From the NCBI GenBank assembly GCA_016705245.1, contig JADIYM010000004.1, positions 175,167-239,166 on the forward strand: a stretch of 64,000 nucleotides of DNA, given 5' to 3'. Every line of letters begins with the position of its first letter. Position 1 is the first letter of the stretch. Positions 40,010-54,349 of the stretch are shown here, piece after piece. The notes under the pieces were generated by a model. It was not told where the DNA came from, searched no databases, and saw only the letters and a list, made by a program, of their open reading frames with translations. A program made the translations under genes and the position numbers. This DNA is from Blastocatellia bacterium. Lineage in GTDB: Bacteria > Acidobacteriota > Blastocatellia > UBA7656 > JADIYM01.

Positions 40010-40205
40010 CGGGGTGCCTGGTAGTCCACGATGCGGCTGTTCCCCGCTTCTCCCCGTTTTTCGAGCCGCGAGCGGTAGCGAGCGTCCCACGGACGGTCGT
40101 TCGGTTCGATCACTTCCGTCCTTCCACAACGACGAGTCTGCGATTTCAGGCACCGTCCGTGGGACGCTCGCTACCGCTCGCGGCTCAAGGAACGGGGAAC
40201 GAGGA
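40010..40205. mobile_element. MITE/REP-like composite repeat copy (opposite orientation)
   Basis: gagccgcgagcggtagcgagcgtcccacggacgg ... ccgtccgtgggacgctcgctaccgctcgcggctca. The internal segment is the reverse complement of the 25548 copy. Preceded by a type-II segment in reverse orientation. Confidence 0.75.
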
Positions 40206-40244
40206 ACGAGGAACGGGGAAGCATCCTGCCGCCGATCGCGTCTC

Positions 40245-41703
40245 TCACCGCGTAACCGGCAACCTCAGCCGTCCAACACACCCCCGCGCGTCCGCCCGAT
40301 TCTCGAGCGTCAGCGTCCCGCCGTGCGCTTCGACGATCTGCCGGCTCAGCACCAGGCCGATCCCCGATCCACCCGGCTTTGTCGTGAAAAACGGAACGAA
40401 CAGATTCGCCGTGTTCGCGATTCCCAGCCCGTCGTCCTCCACGAACAGCTCGAGCCAGCCCCGTTCGCACGTCCATCCCACTACCACCCCGCCATCGGTC
40501 TCGACGACCGCGTCCGCCGCATTCCGAATGAGGTTGATGAGCGCCTGCTCGAGCTGGTCACCATCCGCCTGTACCGTCACCAGCGGTCCCGGCCGAACCA
40601 CCACCGGAGCCGCTCTTCAACAGCGATTGCCCGCCGGACCAGCGTCTCGACGTCCAGCTGTTGCACCTTCGGCTCCGGCAGCTTCGCGAGTGCGGCATAC
40701 GCCTGCATGAACCGGTTGAGCGCCGCGGCACGCGATCCGATCGTCGACAGTCCCCTGCGCGCGTCGTCGCGCCAGTCATCCGCGAGGGGCCCGGCAGCGA
40801 GCAGCGACTCGAGACTCGCGGCGATCGACTTGATCGGCGCAAGCGAGTTGTTCAGTTCGTGGCCAATGACGCGGATGATCCGGCGCCACGCGAGCCGCTC
40901 CTCCTCGCGAAGCTCGCGGCTCAGGTCCGGAACGACAAGCAGATGATGCGGCCGGCCGCCTTCGCGGAAGGCCCCGCGACGCACGCTCCATCGACCGCCG
41001 CCTTGCGCCGCCGATTCGATGGTCCGAACCGGATCCCCCTCGAGGCAGTCGTCGAGCCCCAACTCATCGGCGGTCTGACCGATGGCGGCCTCGGTCGTTC
41101 GACCCAGGAACCGTTCGCCCGCGCGATTCAGCAGCCGTAGCCGCTTGTCGAAGTCGAACGCGAAGATCGCGACGTCGATCTCCGAAATCACCGTCCGCAG
41201 GAGCGTCGTGGCTTCCATCGCGCCGAGCCGCTGCTCGCGCAAGGTCTCGCTGAGCGCGTTCACCTCGAACAGCGCCTCGCCCATCGCGTCGTCGAGCCCG
41301 GCGCCCCGCGCGCGGATCGAGTAGTCACCCTCCCGGATAGCCGCAAGAAGATTCGAGAGCGACTGGATCGGCCGCACCACCCGCTCGCGCAACGAAAACG
41401 CAAATCCGAGCCAGAAGCCCACAACCAGAAGCATCACGGTCCATTGCAATTTCGCGCTCGCTTCGCTGGCGATCAGCAACACCAGACAGGCCACCACACC
41501 TGGCAATCCCGTCAGCAAGGCGAGCCGCAGCACGTCCCGTTCGACCGTGACACGTCGCTTCCGCCGTATCCTGTCGAGCCGCAACTTCCGCCAAAACCCG
41601 ACAATCGCGAAAGTGACCGAGCCGGCGCTGTCGCGCAGCGCGGCCATCGGCGACCTCGATGCCGACGACTCCGAATGCCGTCCGATGGTCTTCAGCACGT
41701 CCA

Positions 41704-41704
<1 letters not shown>
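40245..41704 (-). CDS. NtrY-like sensor histidine kinase (TM-HAMP-PAS-HisKA-HATPase) with a 1-nt frameshift near 40608-40614
   Basis: HisKA box IGHELNNSLAPIKS (frame 1, ends 40577). HATPase region LINLIRNAADAV...DDGLGI...GSGIGL (frame 2, 40245-40604). The ATG overlaps the ntrX-like stop (ATGA). Confidence 0.7.
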
Positions 41705-43053
<1,349 letters not shown>

Positions 43054-43191
43054 GTCGTCACCATCCCGGGAGTCGGACCCCGCCGTACCCTTGGCGCGCC
43101 GACGTCCTCGAACATACATCATCCTGAAACGGCACGGTGACTGGAAGGATCGGCGGTGTGATCCGGGGACAATCCTGCCAGAGAGGGAAGA

Positions 43192-43292
43192 GCACGCGGA
43201 TCTTGCGGATCACAGCGGATCGAGCGGAACTGATTGATGCCCGGATCCGCCTGACCCGCAACATCCGCACGATCCGCGTGCTCTTCTCTTTT
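43192..43292. terminator. approximately 30-bp inverted repeat hairpin downstream of the macB-like gene (minus strand); T-rich tail on the plus-strand side
   Basis: gaagagcacgcggatcttgcggatcacagcgg ... ccgcaacatccgcacgatccgcgtgctcttc, followed by tcttttc. Confidence 0.4.
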
Positions 43293-43302
43293 CGCCCATC
43301 AT

Positions 43303-44010
<708 letters not shown>

Positions 44011-44023
44011 TCCTTTCGCGTCA

Positions 44024-45278
44024 TCACTTCAATCGGATTCGTTCGAAGCCGTCCCAGGCGGACGTATCCGAGAGAATGATCTGATCCCCGGGCGAGAGTC
44101 CCTCGACCACCTCAACGGTGTTCACGGACGCGCGACCGAGTCGAACCTGAACGCGGACGGCCGCGGCGCCATCCTCGACGAGCTTGAAAAGACCGACCGT
44201 GCTCTGCGACTGGGCGTTGATCGGCCGATTGACGAATACGATGTCGTCGAGTCGCTCGATCTCAATCGTGCCGTCGACGGTCAGGTCGGGCCTGGCGCCC
44301 GACGGCAGCGGTTCGGAGAATGCCACATCGACCGTTACGGTTCCCTGCTGCGCTGCGGGATCGATTCGCGAAACCGTACCGGCGACGATGCCGTTCCGAG
44401 TGTCGACGAGTGCCTTCTGTCCGAGGGACGTCCTTCACCTGGGTCTCGGGCACTTTCAGCTCGGCCTTGAGCCTCGTCGGCTCGGCGACTCGCGCGAGCG
44501 GGGCGCCCGACGTCACGCGCTGCCCGACCTCGATCTCGACCCGCTGGAGGACTCCGGAGATGCCCGCCCTGACATTCAGGGCGCCAATCTGCGCACGCCG
44601 CAAATCTCTCGCAGCCTTAAGCTGATCGATGACGGCGCGCTGCGAAGCGAGTTGTGACTCCATGGACTGGCTCGCGAACTGGAGCCGCTCACGGGCGATC
44701 CGGAACCGGTTCGCCAGTTCATCTGCCGTTACGCGGGAAAGCTTCTGATTGAGTGGCGAGATCAGTCCCTTGGCAATCAGGACATCGTCGGCGTCGGCCC
44801 GGAGCTTCGCCTGCTTGAAGTCCGACTCGACTCGCGCGGCTTCGGCTTCCTGGGCGAGTATCTCGCTCTGAAGCTGGACGGACTGCCGGTCGAGATCGGC
44901 CTCGGCGGCCCTGAGTTTCAGGTCCGCGTCCTGCGCGGCGAGTTGAAGCTCCGGATTGCTCAGTTCGACGATGACGGTGTCAGCCTGGACCGTCGTCCCC
45001 GGCTGAACGGCGATGCGCTCGACCTGTCCGTCGGATCCAGCGGGGATTACGCGGATGTCGACGGGGACGAGCGTGCCGGTACCTCGTACCTGGCGCAGCA
45101 TCGGACCGCGCTCCACCTTTCCCGTCCATACGGCCGCTGCGTCCATCATCGGGTCCGCGGGCTTCAGGCGTGCCAGCGCGACGGTGATCGCCGCGACGGC
45201 GATGAGCCCGATCGCGGTCAAAGCGAAAAAACGGACCTTGCGGGCGCGTCTGGCAGACGTGGGTTTGACGATGTCCAT
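44024..45278 (-). CDS. HlyD/MacA-family periplasmic adaptor (membrane fusion protein) with a 1-nt frameshift near 44422-44428
   Basis: N-terminal TM anchor plus a coiled-coil hairpin (frame 1 to about 44425). C-terminal beta-barrel VDVAFSEPLPSGARPDLTVDG...VNRPINAQS (frame 2, 44024-44326). Junction at the ccc run. Confidence 0.7.
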
Positions 45279-45444
45279 GGCGGATCCGGACGAGAACAGT
45301 GCCACCCGCGTGCCAGAGCCGGCAGACAACGAAATCCCGCCATTCAAAGGCATTTCCGGTCGTGCCAGTGCGTCGGATCTTCACCAACCGTCCGAAAATG
45401 GGACGACCCGTTGCCGGAACCGGTCGGCGACCTGATCTCCTTCT

Positions 45445-45530
45445 GACTGCGTTTCTGCGTCTGCACTCCGCGTCTCTGCGAGAAGCAGTTTCTCGCAGAG
45501 ACGCGGAGTGCAGACGCAGAGACACTGAAT
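45445..45530. repeat. long hairpin (hairpin family copy D), terminator-like
   Basis: ctgcgtctgcactccgcgtctctgcgagaagcagtttctcgcagagacgcggagtgcagacgcag. Confidence 0.6.
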
Positions 45531-45575
45531 CGAGATGCCGCTGACCCGGAGCCGTGGATGGAAGCCTGTACGCCG

Positions 45576-46112
45576 CTAGATCTCCACCTTCATCCGCGCG
45601 GCCTTACGCTGGATGAGGTCACGGCGCTGACCGATCTTCTCCATCGTCCTGGAAATCTCGCCCGTGTGGGCCTCGAACGCCGCCTTTCGCCGACTATGCG
45701 CCGAGAATGAGGCCACCGCTACGAGTAGTCCGAACCCCGCGAGCGTCGCCCCGACCGCCAGACTCCAGATCATCACGATCAGGCCACCGAACAAGATGAC
45801 CACACCAAAGATCCCCCGGCGGAAATTGCCCGCTCCCGGCTTCTTCGCCATCTCGACAAGATACCGCTTGTGCAACTCGTCGAGCTCGGCGACGAGCTCC
45901 GCAGCCTGGGCCTCATAGGCCTGGTACGTCGGGTCATCTTCGACCGACTTGCCTACCACCTTGAGCGCGATGCCATCATCGGTCCCAATGACCTTTATTA
46001 TTGCGTCGCACGATCGGCAGATGAACGATCGAGTGGATTTCGGGACCGGCAGCTCCGTCGCGCAGTTGGGACACGGCTGCACTTCAGCCGACGATTTCTT
46101 CGCATTTGACAT
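45576..46112 (-). CDS. hypothetical zinc-ribbon + TM protein
   Basis: Start MSNAKK. CPNCATEL...CRSCDAI ribbon. C-terminal TM helix VVILFGGLIVMIWSLAVGATLAGFGLLVAV. Confidence 0.4.
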   Translation of the reverse strand: MSNAKKSSAEVQPCPNCATELPVPKSTRSFICRSCDAIIKVIGTDDGIALKVVGKSVEDDPTYQAYEAQAAELVAELDELHKRYLVEMAKKPGAGNFRRGIFGVVILFGGLIVMIWSLAVGATLAGFGLLVAVASFSAHSRRKAAFEAHTGEISRTMEKIGQRRDLIQRKAARMKVEI

Positions 46113-46206
46113 ACTTCGACCTCGATCGGACCGTTGGAGCGTCTTTGGCACTCCGTCCGAACCGACGGTTGGTACCACAGCGGCGCGAATCGGCGCAAGG
46201 CTGGCC

Positions 46207-48968
46207 TCAGACCTCCGTCTGTCGCCGCGCGCTACTCAGCGCCTCAGAGATCTCGTCGAAGCCGTAAGCCCGCACGAGACGACGTAGATCCTCTGCGAGC
46301 ACCGCGTCGAGTTCCGCGATTCGATCCGCGACATCGATCGCCGCCTCGGCATCGCCCTGCTGCACTGCCTGATCGAGCATCGCGACCCATTCGGGAGGCA
46401 ACGTAGCCAGCGCCTCCACGTCCAGGGGGACCGAACCCGCATCGATCAACGCGTCGTCAACGTTGTCGTCGGTTTCCTCGGCATATGCGTATCGAACTCC
46501 GAGGTGTTCCGCCATCTTCTCGAATATCACACGGTCGCGGAATGGCTTCGACACGAAGTCGTCACAGCCGGCATCGAGGATCATTGCGCGGTCCGTGTCG
46601 AAGGCGCTCGCCGTCAGCGCGATGATCCTGCAGCGACGGTCCGAGTCGCGTTCGCGCTCGCGTATCATTCGCGTCGCCTCGATTCCGTCGATCCCGGCCA
46701 TCCGAATGTCCATCCAGATCAGGTCGGGCTTCCAGGTCTCCCACTTTGCGATTGCGTCGCGTCCCGTTGACGCCTCGCACGCGGTAAAGCCGGCATCGGT
46801 CATCAGCGCCGAGAGCAGATGCCGGTTCTCCGTGACGTCGTCCACCACGAGCACGCGGACCGCCGGATGCCCCGACTCGAGTCCGACAACCCGCCTGGAC
46901 CGATTGCCGGCCATTGGCTTCGTCATTACACGGAACGGCAGTGAGACCGTGAACGTCGTTCCGACACTGAGCTCGCTTTCGACCGAGATGTCGCCGCCCA
47001 TGAGTCGCGCATTGGCCCGGCTGATCGCGAGTCCGAGTCCCGTGCCTTCCTTGGCGTGCATGCCGCTCGTGGTCTGCGAGAACGCCGTGAAGAGCCGGCC
47101 CTGTTCCTCGGGCGCGATGCCGAACCCCGTGTCTCGCACCCTGAAGTTCGTGCGATCGCCGACCAGTGAAGCCTCGAGGTCGATCGTTCCCGACTGCGTG
47201 TAACGAAGGGCGTTGCCGAGAAGATTGATGAGGATCTGACGAAGCTTGCCGTCATCGCCGCACACCTGGCGAGGTACGCTTGCGTCGCAGCGGACCGTCA
47301 AGACGAGTCCCTTCGCTTCTGCCCGCGGTTGGAACGTCTCGTAGAGGTCATCGAGCAGGTGGTGAAGGTCAAAGGGTTCCTCCTTCAGCGTCATCTGGCC
47401 TGCCTCGATTTTCGTGATCGAGAGAATGTCGTTGATTAGGGAGAGAAGGTGCTCGCCGCTTCGCATGATGACCGACAGTCCGTGCCGCGTTTCTTCGTTG
47501 AGCGAATGGCGACGCCGCAGAAGCTGGACGAATCCGAGGATCGCGTTGAGCGGCGTCCTCAGCTCGTGGCTCATGCTCGCCAGAAACAGGCCTTCTGATT
47601 CGCTGGCCACTTGCGCCGCCTCACGGGCCTCATTCGCCAGACGCTCGGACTCACGGAGCTGCGTCACGGTCTCCGCCAGTTCCTGCGTTCGTTGCGCGAC
47701 CTTGCCTTCGAGGTCCTGGTTGAGCGCATCGAGATCGCGATAGACCCGGCTGAATCGATTCGACAGCGAAACCGCGATCGACAGGAGCAAGGCAAAGAAA
47801 CCCCAATGGACGAAGTTCTGCATTGGCACGAAGCCGAGCCCGCCAAGCAACTGCCAGAGTCGTGCCGTCGCGAGGAAAATGAGCCCCACGCAGATGGTCC
47901 TGGCCTCGCGATTGCCGCGCAGTGCCTGCACCGGGATGACGCCGAACCACAGGAAGAACGTCACGATCAGGATGAGCACCGGCCGATCGCCCAGTGTCAC
48001 GAGCACGAAGACCGGCACCGTGATATTCAACAGGATCAGCACGCCCTGCAGCGCGACGTAAGCTCTGGCCAGCGGACCGAACCGCCACCCGAAAATCTTC
48101 CACAGGAAACCGAGCCACGCCGCGCCGGCGACGTGCAGCGCGGTCCGTGAGATGAAGAACGCGATCAGTGGATCGAGCGTCTGCTTTCCCCACGGGCTCG
48201 AGAAGATCATGTTGAGCGCCGCGGCGACAGCAATCGTTCCGAACCACAGGTACTCCGTCTGCTCGCGCCGCCGGCTGAACAACTGGATGTGGTAGAGGCC
48301 GGCAAGAATGAACACAACGCCGAGAACCAGAATGTCGACGCTTTCCAGAAGGCCGGACTTGTAGCTCAGATCCGCGCGCACGCGCAGGTCGTCGATGTGA
48401 CCAATCTGCACGTCCGCAACTGCCCGGCGGTCGAGCTCGACTGGAACTCCCGCGTAGGCAGGATCGCGCCACACCCGCACGGCTATCTCGAGCGCACCCG
48501 TGGCGTCGATCCCCTCCGTCGGGATCGGAAATGTCACAGTCGAAGCAACGACGCTCTTCTCGTTCGTCGTGCGCGGTCCGAAAGATCCGCACTCGCGGCC
48601 GTTGACGACGACCACCACCCCGCCATAGTCGACGGGTCCGACCGACACTCCGAGAGCCGAGCTCGAGGCGGCTGCCGGCAATTGCAGACGCAATCTAAGC
48701 CACGTGAGACCGGCAAAATCGACGGAGCCTTGTGCACCGAGCACGTTTTCGACCGAAACTTCAGTCCATCGTGGGTCATCTGCCGAAGGCTGAGCCGAGT
48801 CATCCGGAGCACGTATCGCCTGCCACCCCACGTACGAGACGCTGCGGGGTGTCGGTCGACGAAACGACCGTCGCGCTCGGTGCGGCGAACGCCGTGGCCA
48901 CCCCGCCACAGCACCAGAGCAGGCACACGGCGGCTATAACATCGAGCTTGGGGGCGAATCTCGGCATT
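46207..48968 (-). CDS. 7TMR-DISM hybrid sensor histidine kinase (signal peptide, DISMED2, 7TM, HisKA, HATPase, two REC), 1-nt frameshift near 48846-48849
   Basis: Signal peptide MPRFAPKLDVIAAVCLLWCCGGVATAFA (frame 1, stops at 48800). Continues as SVSYVGWQAIR...7 TM...HELRTPLNAI...two receiver domains (frame 2). An extra C/G in a 4-nt run restores the reading SSTDTRSVSYVGW. Confidence 0.7.
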
Positions 48969-49187
48969 CTACTGTTGAGTGGCCGCCGGTCCGGACCGGC
49001 TGATGGACCCTTCCGCCCCATATTATCGGCAGCAAAGCGGTTGGGCATTACCGGTCTCGGCCAGACTCTTTCGCCGCTCTCTCCGGGGCACGGGCAAATT
49101 GACGGCTCACCGCGGCTGCAAGCGGTTGACCCACATTGGGCGCGCCTGCGATCATTACGGGCTTGACGGGTCCCCGTCATTCGCAGG

Positions 49188-52008
49188 TTGTGCGCACTGG
49201 AGGTCTCTGTGGTTCGTGCCGTCGCCCGTCCGTTCCTTTGCCGTCGCTTCGTATCCACCGGGCTGACGCTGGTTTTCGCTGTGACATTCCTGAATCCGGT
49301 GTTGGCTTCGTCCGACGAATCGGGCCGGACAACCGTAGATTCGGCAGTTGCGGCACGGTTGAACGGCGGATGGTTCAAGCTGCCTCACGTGCCCGGCGAG
49401 CTCATCGTAAAGGTCCGTGAAGGCTCCTCGAAGGCAGGACTTGACGCCATCGAGCAGAGTGGAATGTTTGTCGTCGAGTCCGCGAAGGCGGCTCCCTCCG
49501 TCAAACTGGTCCGAGCGGCCACTGCATTGCAGGCAGAAGCTGCACTTGCGGCGCTCGTCGAGAATCCGGCCGTCGAATACGCCGAACCGAACTATCTGCT
49601 CGAGACCAGCGCGACTCCGAACGACCCTCGATTCAGCACGCAGTGGGGACTCGAGAACGGTAACGGCCCGGACATCAACGCGCCGCAGGCATGGGACCGG
49701 ACGACCGGTAGTGACGACGTCGTGATCGGCGTCATTGACTCGGGAATGGACATCACGCACGTCGATCTCAAGGAGAATCTCTACAAGAACCAGGGTGAGA
49801 TCGCCGGCAACAGCATCGACGACGACGGCAACGGCTATGTCGACGACGTCAACGGCTGGGACGCGGTGACCGACACTGGACGGATGCGCGACGAGGACGG
49901 GCACGGAACACACGTATCGGGAATCGTCGGGGCGAGAGGCAACAACGGCGAGGGCGTCGCCGGCGTGAACTGGCGGGTCAAGCTGCTTCCGCTCCGCTTC
50001 ATCACGGTTCGCAGCGGCGCGACCTTCGATGCGCTGCAGTGCATCGACTATGCCACCAACCTCCGCAATCGCGGTGTCAACATTCGGATCCTCAACAACA
50101 GCTGGGGCGGTGGCGGATATTCGACCGCGCTTGTCGAAGCGATCAAGCGAGCAAACTCAGCCGGGATCCTGTTCGTCTGCGCCGCGGGCAACGAGAGTAC
50201 GGACTCGGATGCGGTCCCGTCATATCCCGCGTCGTACGAGGTCGCAAACGTGATCTCCGTGGGCGCAATGACGCGCAGCAACTTCCAGGCGGGCTTCTCG
50301 AACTTTGGACGACGGTCCGTTGACGTTTTTGCGCCGGGCGACGGAATCCTCAGCACGACGCCTGGCAACAGCTACGCGTCCTTCAACGGCACGTCTCAGG
50401 CTTCGCCGATGGTCGCCGGAATCGCCGGGCTGATTCTTGCCGAACATCCGGAGGCAACCGTCCCTGAGATGAAGGCGCGGATCCTCGGATCGGTGCAGCG
50501 CGAGAGTTTCGCGTCGTCGCTCTGCCTGACTGGTGGCCGGGTCGACGCTCAGTCCGCCATTCGCAGCGAGTCGACGGCTCCTGGGCCCATCTCTGATTTC
50601 CGTTTGACGACCGTTTCGCGTTCAACGATCGTGCTTGCATGGTCGGCGGTCGGCGACGACGGCACGACGGGCTCGGCTGCCTACTACGACCTGCGATGGT
50701 CGACCGACGAGATCACGACATCGAGTTTCGACGTCGCGAACCAGATAAGCGACACGCGGATGCCGCTGCGCGCCGGCGAAACCGAAACCGCCGTGATACG
50801 TGGCTGTTTCACCGATGGCCAACCCGTCCACATCGCACTCCGCGTTTACGACAAGGCCGGGAACCGCTCGCAGTCCGACACGCTTACGGCCGTGCCCGCC
50901 GGCGCCATTCTCAACTTCACGCTCGAGCCGGGTCCGGACGATTTCGTCCTCGGCACTCCGCTCAATCTGAAGGGTGACGACAAGGCAGCCACGGTCGATC
51001 TGCCTTTCGACTTCCCGTATTACGGCGCGACATATCGCACGGCCTATGTCTCGACGAACGGCGTCGTGGCATTCGACGGGCCATTCGTTACTCCGACAGG
51101 CTCGCGGAGCGACCTTGCGACCCTAAACGGTCTCGCGCCGCTCTGGTTCGACCTCAGAACCGACGGCAGTCAACCAGGCGAGGACGTCTACGTCACGTCA
51201 TCCGGCGACGAGTTGACGCTGCGCTGGGTGGCCGAGCCGTTCTATCCATCAGGAGAGGCGCCGAAGAGATCCCCAGGTCTCGTTCGCCGTCACGTTGCAC
51301 GCGAACGGCCGGGTGGATTACGTGTATGGCCCCGGCGGTAACGACGGATTGCGCGTTGATTCGAGCACGCCGGTCGTTGGAGTCTCGGACGGCGGCTGTG
51401 CGAGCCTCGTGCTCGAGGCATATTCCGGGCGCGAGTCGCTGAAGAACGCTCCTGCAGTGACATTCGTTCCCGGTATGGCGACGACGGGCATCGAGCCGGT
51501 ATTCGCGTCGCAGACGCTTTCGAGCGCCACAGAGGGATTACTCAAGCAGTTCACGATTACCGCCTCCGACCCGGATGGCACTGCGGTCACCGTCATTGCT
51601 GCGCTGCCACGGAACGCGACCTACGATCAGGGCACGGGTGCTGTGCGGTTTACTCCCGACAGCGCGCAGGATGGCATCGTGCAGTTCGCGTTCACGGCAA
51701 CGGACGCTTCCGGCGCTTCGACGTCCCGGACGTATGCTCTGACGGTGCTCGACAACGGCAACCTGCCGGAGATCAACTTCATTACCACTAAGAAGAAGAT
51801 CACTTTCACCGGAATCGGCTTCCGCGTCGGAGCCCGCATCGAAGTCGACGGCACGTTCCTCACCGACGCCAGGAACAACAAGAAATCGCCGGCGACAAAG
51901 ATCACGAGTGCATCGGCCAAGGCTGCTCTTGCGGCTCCGGGATTGCACACCGTGGTCGTCGAGAACCCGGACGGCACTCGAAGCGGTCCTTTCTACACAA
52001 TCCGATGA
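49188..52008 (+). CDS. secreted subtilisin-like S8 serine protease with I9 propeptide and C-terminal Ig/cadherin-like domains; 1-nt frameshift near 51262-51276
   Basis: Catalytic triad blocks VIDSGMDITHVDL, HGTHVSGIV, GTSQASPMVAGIAGL. Frame 1 ends at 51341. The C-terminal domains (DPQVSFAVTLHANGRVDYVYG ... ITASDPDGTAVTV) continue in frame 3 to 52008. Confidence 0.75.
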
Positions 52009-52048
52009 CGTCGTGGCGTCACCGACAATTCCACAGAATCGAGATTTC

Positions 52049-52390
52049 ATGTCTGACACGCTAGCCCATCAAGCATTCAAGAACGTCAAGACGGAGGCGT
52101 TCCTCGACCTGCCGCCCAAAGCTCGTCTCGATGCGTTCGCGTGGGCCTACTGCTGCGCGGTTTCGGAAGCCTCGTCTGAGCAACTCACTGCAGAGGCTGC
52201 GGCGCTTGGAGTCCCCGCCGACTACCTTACCGGGCTCCGCGACATGAAGGAGTCCGAGCACACGCGCATAGTCGCGGAAGTGCTCAGGATTTTCTGCGAC
52301 CGTCCGGCGGGTGCTTCGGCTTCGGCCGTCGACTCGCTGCTCGACGACGTAATGGGCGTCGGCGGGCACGAAGGCACGATCCCCGGTTAA
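52049..52390 (+). CDS. hypothetical protein
   Basis: About 113 aa, start MSDTLAHQ. No motif. Confidence 0.35.
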   Translation: MSDTLAHQAFKNVKTEAFLDLPPKARLDAFAWAYCCAVSEASSEQLTAEAAALGVPADYLTGLRDMKESEHTRIVAEVLRIFCDRPAGASASAVDSLLDDVMGVGGHEGTIPG

Positions 52391-53277
52391 TCGTTGGCAG
52401 CGATCGGGCCCGGATCGATTTCCGGCACGAGCGTCTCGAGGTCCCGCGCGAAGGCTCGACCGTCTACGTATCGGTCTGCCGGCTGCTTTGCGATCGCTCG
52501 AAGTACTACCGTGTCGACGTCGGCGCCGAGGTCGGGACGCAGCGACGACGGCGGAGCCGGCGTTTTCGAGAGGTGCTGCAGAAGGATGGCACCGACGGTT
52601 GGTCCCCTGAACGGCGTCGTTCCGGTCAACATCTGGTACGCAATCACTCCGAGCGAGTAGATGTCGGCGCGACCATCGGCTGTCGCGCCTTCGATGATCT
52701 CCGGAGCGATGTACTCCGGAGTCCCAAGGATGTTCTTGCCGGTGAGCTTCGACGCATTGCTCTCGGTCATGCGTGCGACGCCAAAGTCCACGATCTTGAT
52801 TGTCGATGGCTGCGCGGCCGAGTCCGGAAAAACGAGGTTCTCGGGCTTGAGGTCACGATGCACGATGCCCGCATCGTGAAACAGCGACGCCGCCTCGCAG
52901 ACGGGCACGAGGAGCGCGGCGAGCAGCCGCAGCGACACCGTGCCCTCAATGGCGAGCCAATCGGCGAGCGTCGGTCCGGTCAGCAATTCCTGAACGATGC
53001 CGGGCCGTCCGTCCGGCAGCACGACGAGGTCGAGAATCTGTACCACATTCTGATGGCTCAGCGCCGAAAGGGCCTGCGCCTCGCGTTGGAAGCGCTCGAG
53101 GTACTTCGGTTCACCGGCGAGGTCGTGAAGCAGGATCTTCATCGCGACCTCGCCGCCCGTTCGTGAGTCGATCGCGAGATACACAGAGCTCATGCCGCCG
53201 CGACCGAGGAGCCGGTCGATGGCGTAATGCGAGACCTGCGTCCCGACCAGAGTGGAGCGTTTTAATTCGTCGGTCAA
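52387..53277 (-). CDS. Hanks-type serine/threonine protein kinase (catalytically intact)
   Basis: GRGGMSSVY G-loop, VAMKIL lysine, HRDLKPENLVF, DFGVARM, GTPEYIAPE. Confidence 0.85.
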   Translation of the reverse strand: MTDELKRSTLVGTQVSHYAIDRLLGRGGMSSVYLAIDSRTGGEVAMKILLHDLAGEPKYLERFQREAQALSALSHQNVVQILDLVVLPDGRPGIVQELLTGPTLADWLAIEGTVSLRLLAALLVPVCEAASLFHDAGIVHRDLKPENLVFPDSAAQPSTIKIVDFGVARMTESNASKLTGKNILGTPEYIAPEIIEGATADGRADIYSLGVIAYQMLTGTTPFRGPTVGAILLQHLSKTPAPPSSLRPDLGADVDTVVLRAIAKQPADRYVDGRAFARDLETLVPEIDPGPIAAND

Positions 53278-53316
53278 GAATGCGATGCCGGCAGCGGCCG
53301 AAGCCTCGAGCGAGGC

Positions 53317-54349
53317 TCAGCCTTCGGCCTCCTCCGTAAGCTTCGAGGCAAGCGGCAGCGGCAACTCCTCGATTCGATCGATGTGAAAACACGCCGCGCG
53401 GTGACCGGGCCTGATCTCGACGAGCGGCGGACGCGAGTCGGCACACTCGGCCGTTGCGAGAGGGCAACGCGTTCGAAAGTGGCACCCGCTCGGCGGATTG
53501 ATTGGCGACGGGACGTCACCCTTCAGCGGAATGTGTGTCCGCACGCGCTTCGGCACCGGCACGGGGATCGCCGAAAGCAGGGCCCGCGTGTACGGGTGGA
53601 GGGGATGCGCGAACAAATCGTCGGTTTCCGCTTCTTCGACAATCTGTCCCAGGTACATCACTGCAATGCGGTCCGAGATGTGCCGAACCACCGCGAGGTC
53701 GTGCGCGATGAATAGGTACGCTAGGTTCATCTCGCGCTGCAGATCCGAGAGAAGATTGAGAATCTGCGCCTGGATCGAAACGTCGAGCGCCGAGACCGCT
53801 TCATCGCAGACAATGAACTCGGGCTCGACAGCCAGGGCGCGCGCGATGCCGATGCGCTGACGCTGCCCACCCGAGAACTCGTGCGGATACCTGTTCACGT
53901 AGTTGCGATTGAGCCCGACGCGTTCGAGCAATTGCGCCACCCGGTCACGGCACGCTGCTCGTGACGTCACGAGCCTGTGAAGCCGCATCGCGTCGCCGAC
54001 CGTTTCGGCGACCGTGTGGCGCGGATTCAGGGATGAATAGGGATCCTGAAAGATGATCTGCATTCGACGCCGAAGAGTCCGAAGGCCGCCGGCCGACATT
54101 GCGAGCACGTCGGCGCCGTCGAAGCTCACCTGCCCTCCGGTCGGTTCGATGAGTCGCAGGACGCAACGACCCACCGTCGTCTTTCCGCAACCCGACTCGC
54201 CGACGAGCCCGAGGGTTTCCCGACGCGTCAGTGAAAACGACACGTCGTTGACCGCCTGCACGTTTCCAACGACGTGTGGGATCAATCCCTTCCGGATCGG
54301 ATAGAACTTCTGGAGGTGCTTGACCTCGACGAGCGGACGCGTATCACCG
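53317..54349 (-). CDS. oppF: oligopeptide/dipeptide ABC transporter ATP-binding protein (OppF/DppF-like)
   Basis: [23 protein letters not shown], and the C-terminal oligo_HPY region [11 protein letters not shown]. Start MKHGDT overlaps the oppD stop (ATGA). Confidence 0.85.

Noticed and set aside
43054-43200. Candidate sigma-54 promoter (TGGCAG...TTGTC) upstream of the ntrX-like gene
   Set aside because: The GG/GC spacing does not match the -24/-12 consensus, and the match is too weak to call.
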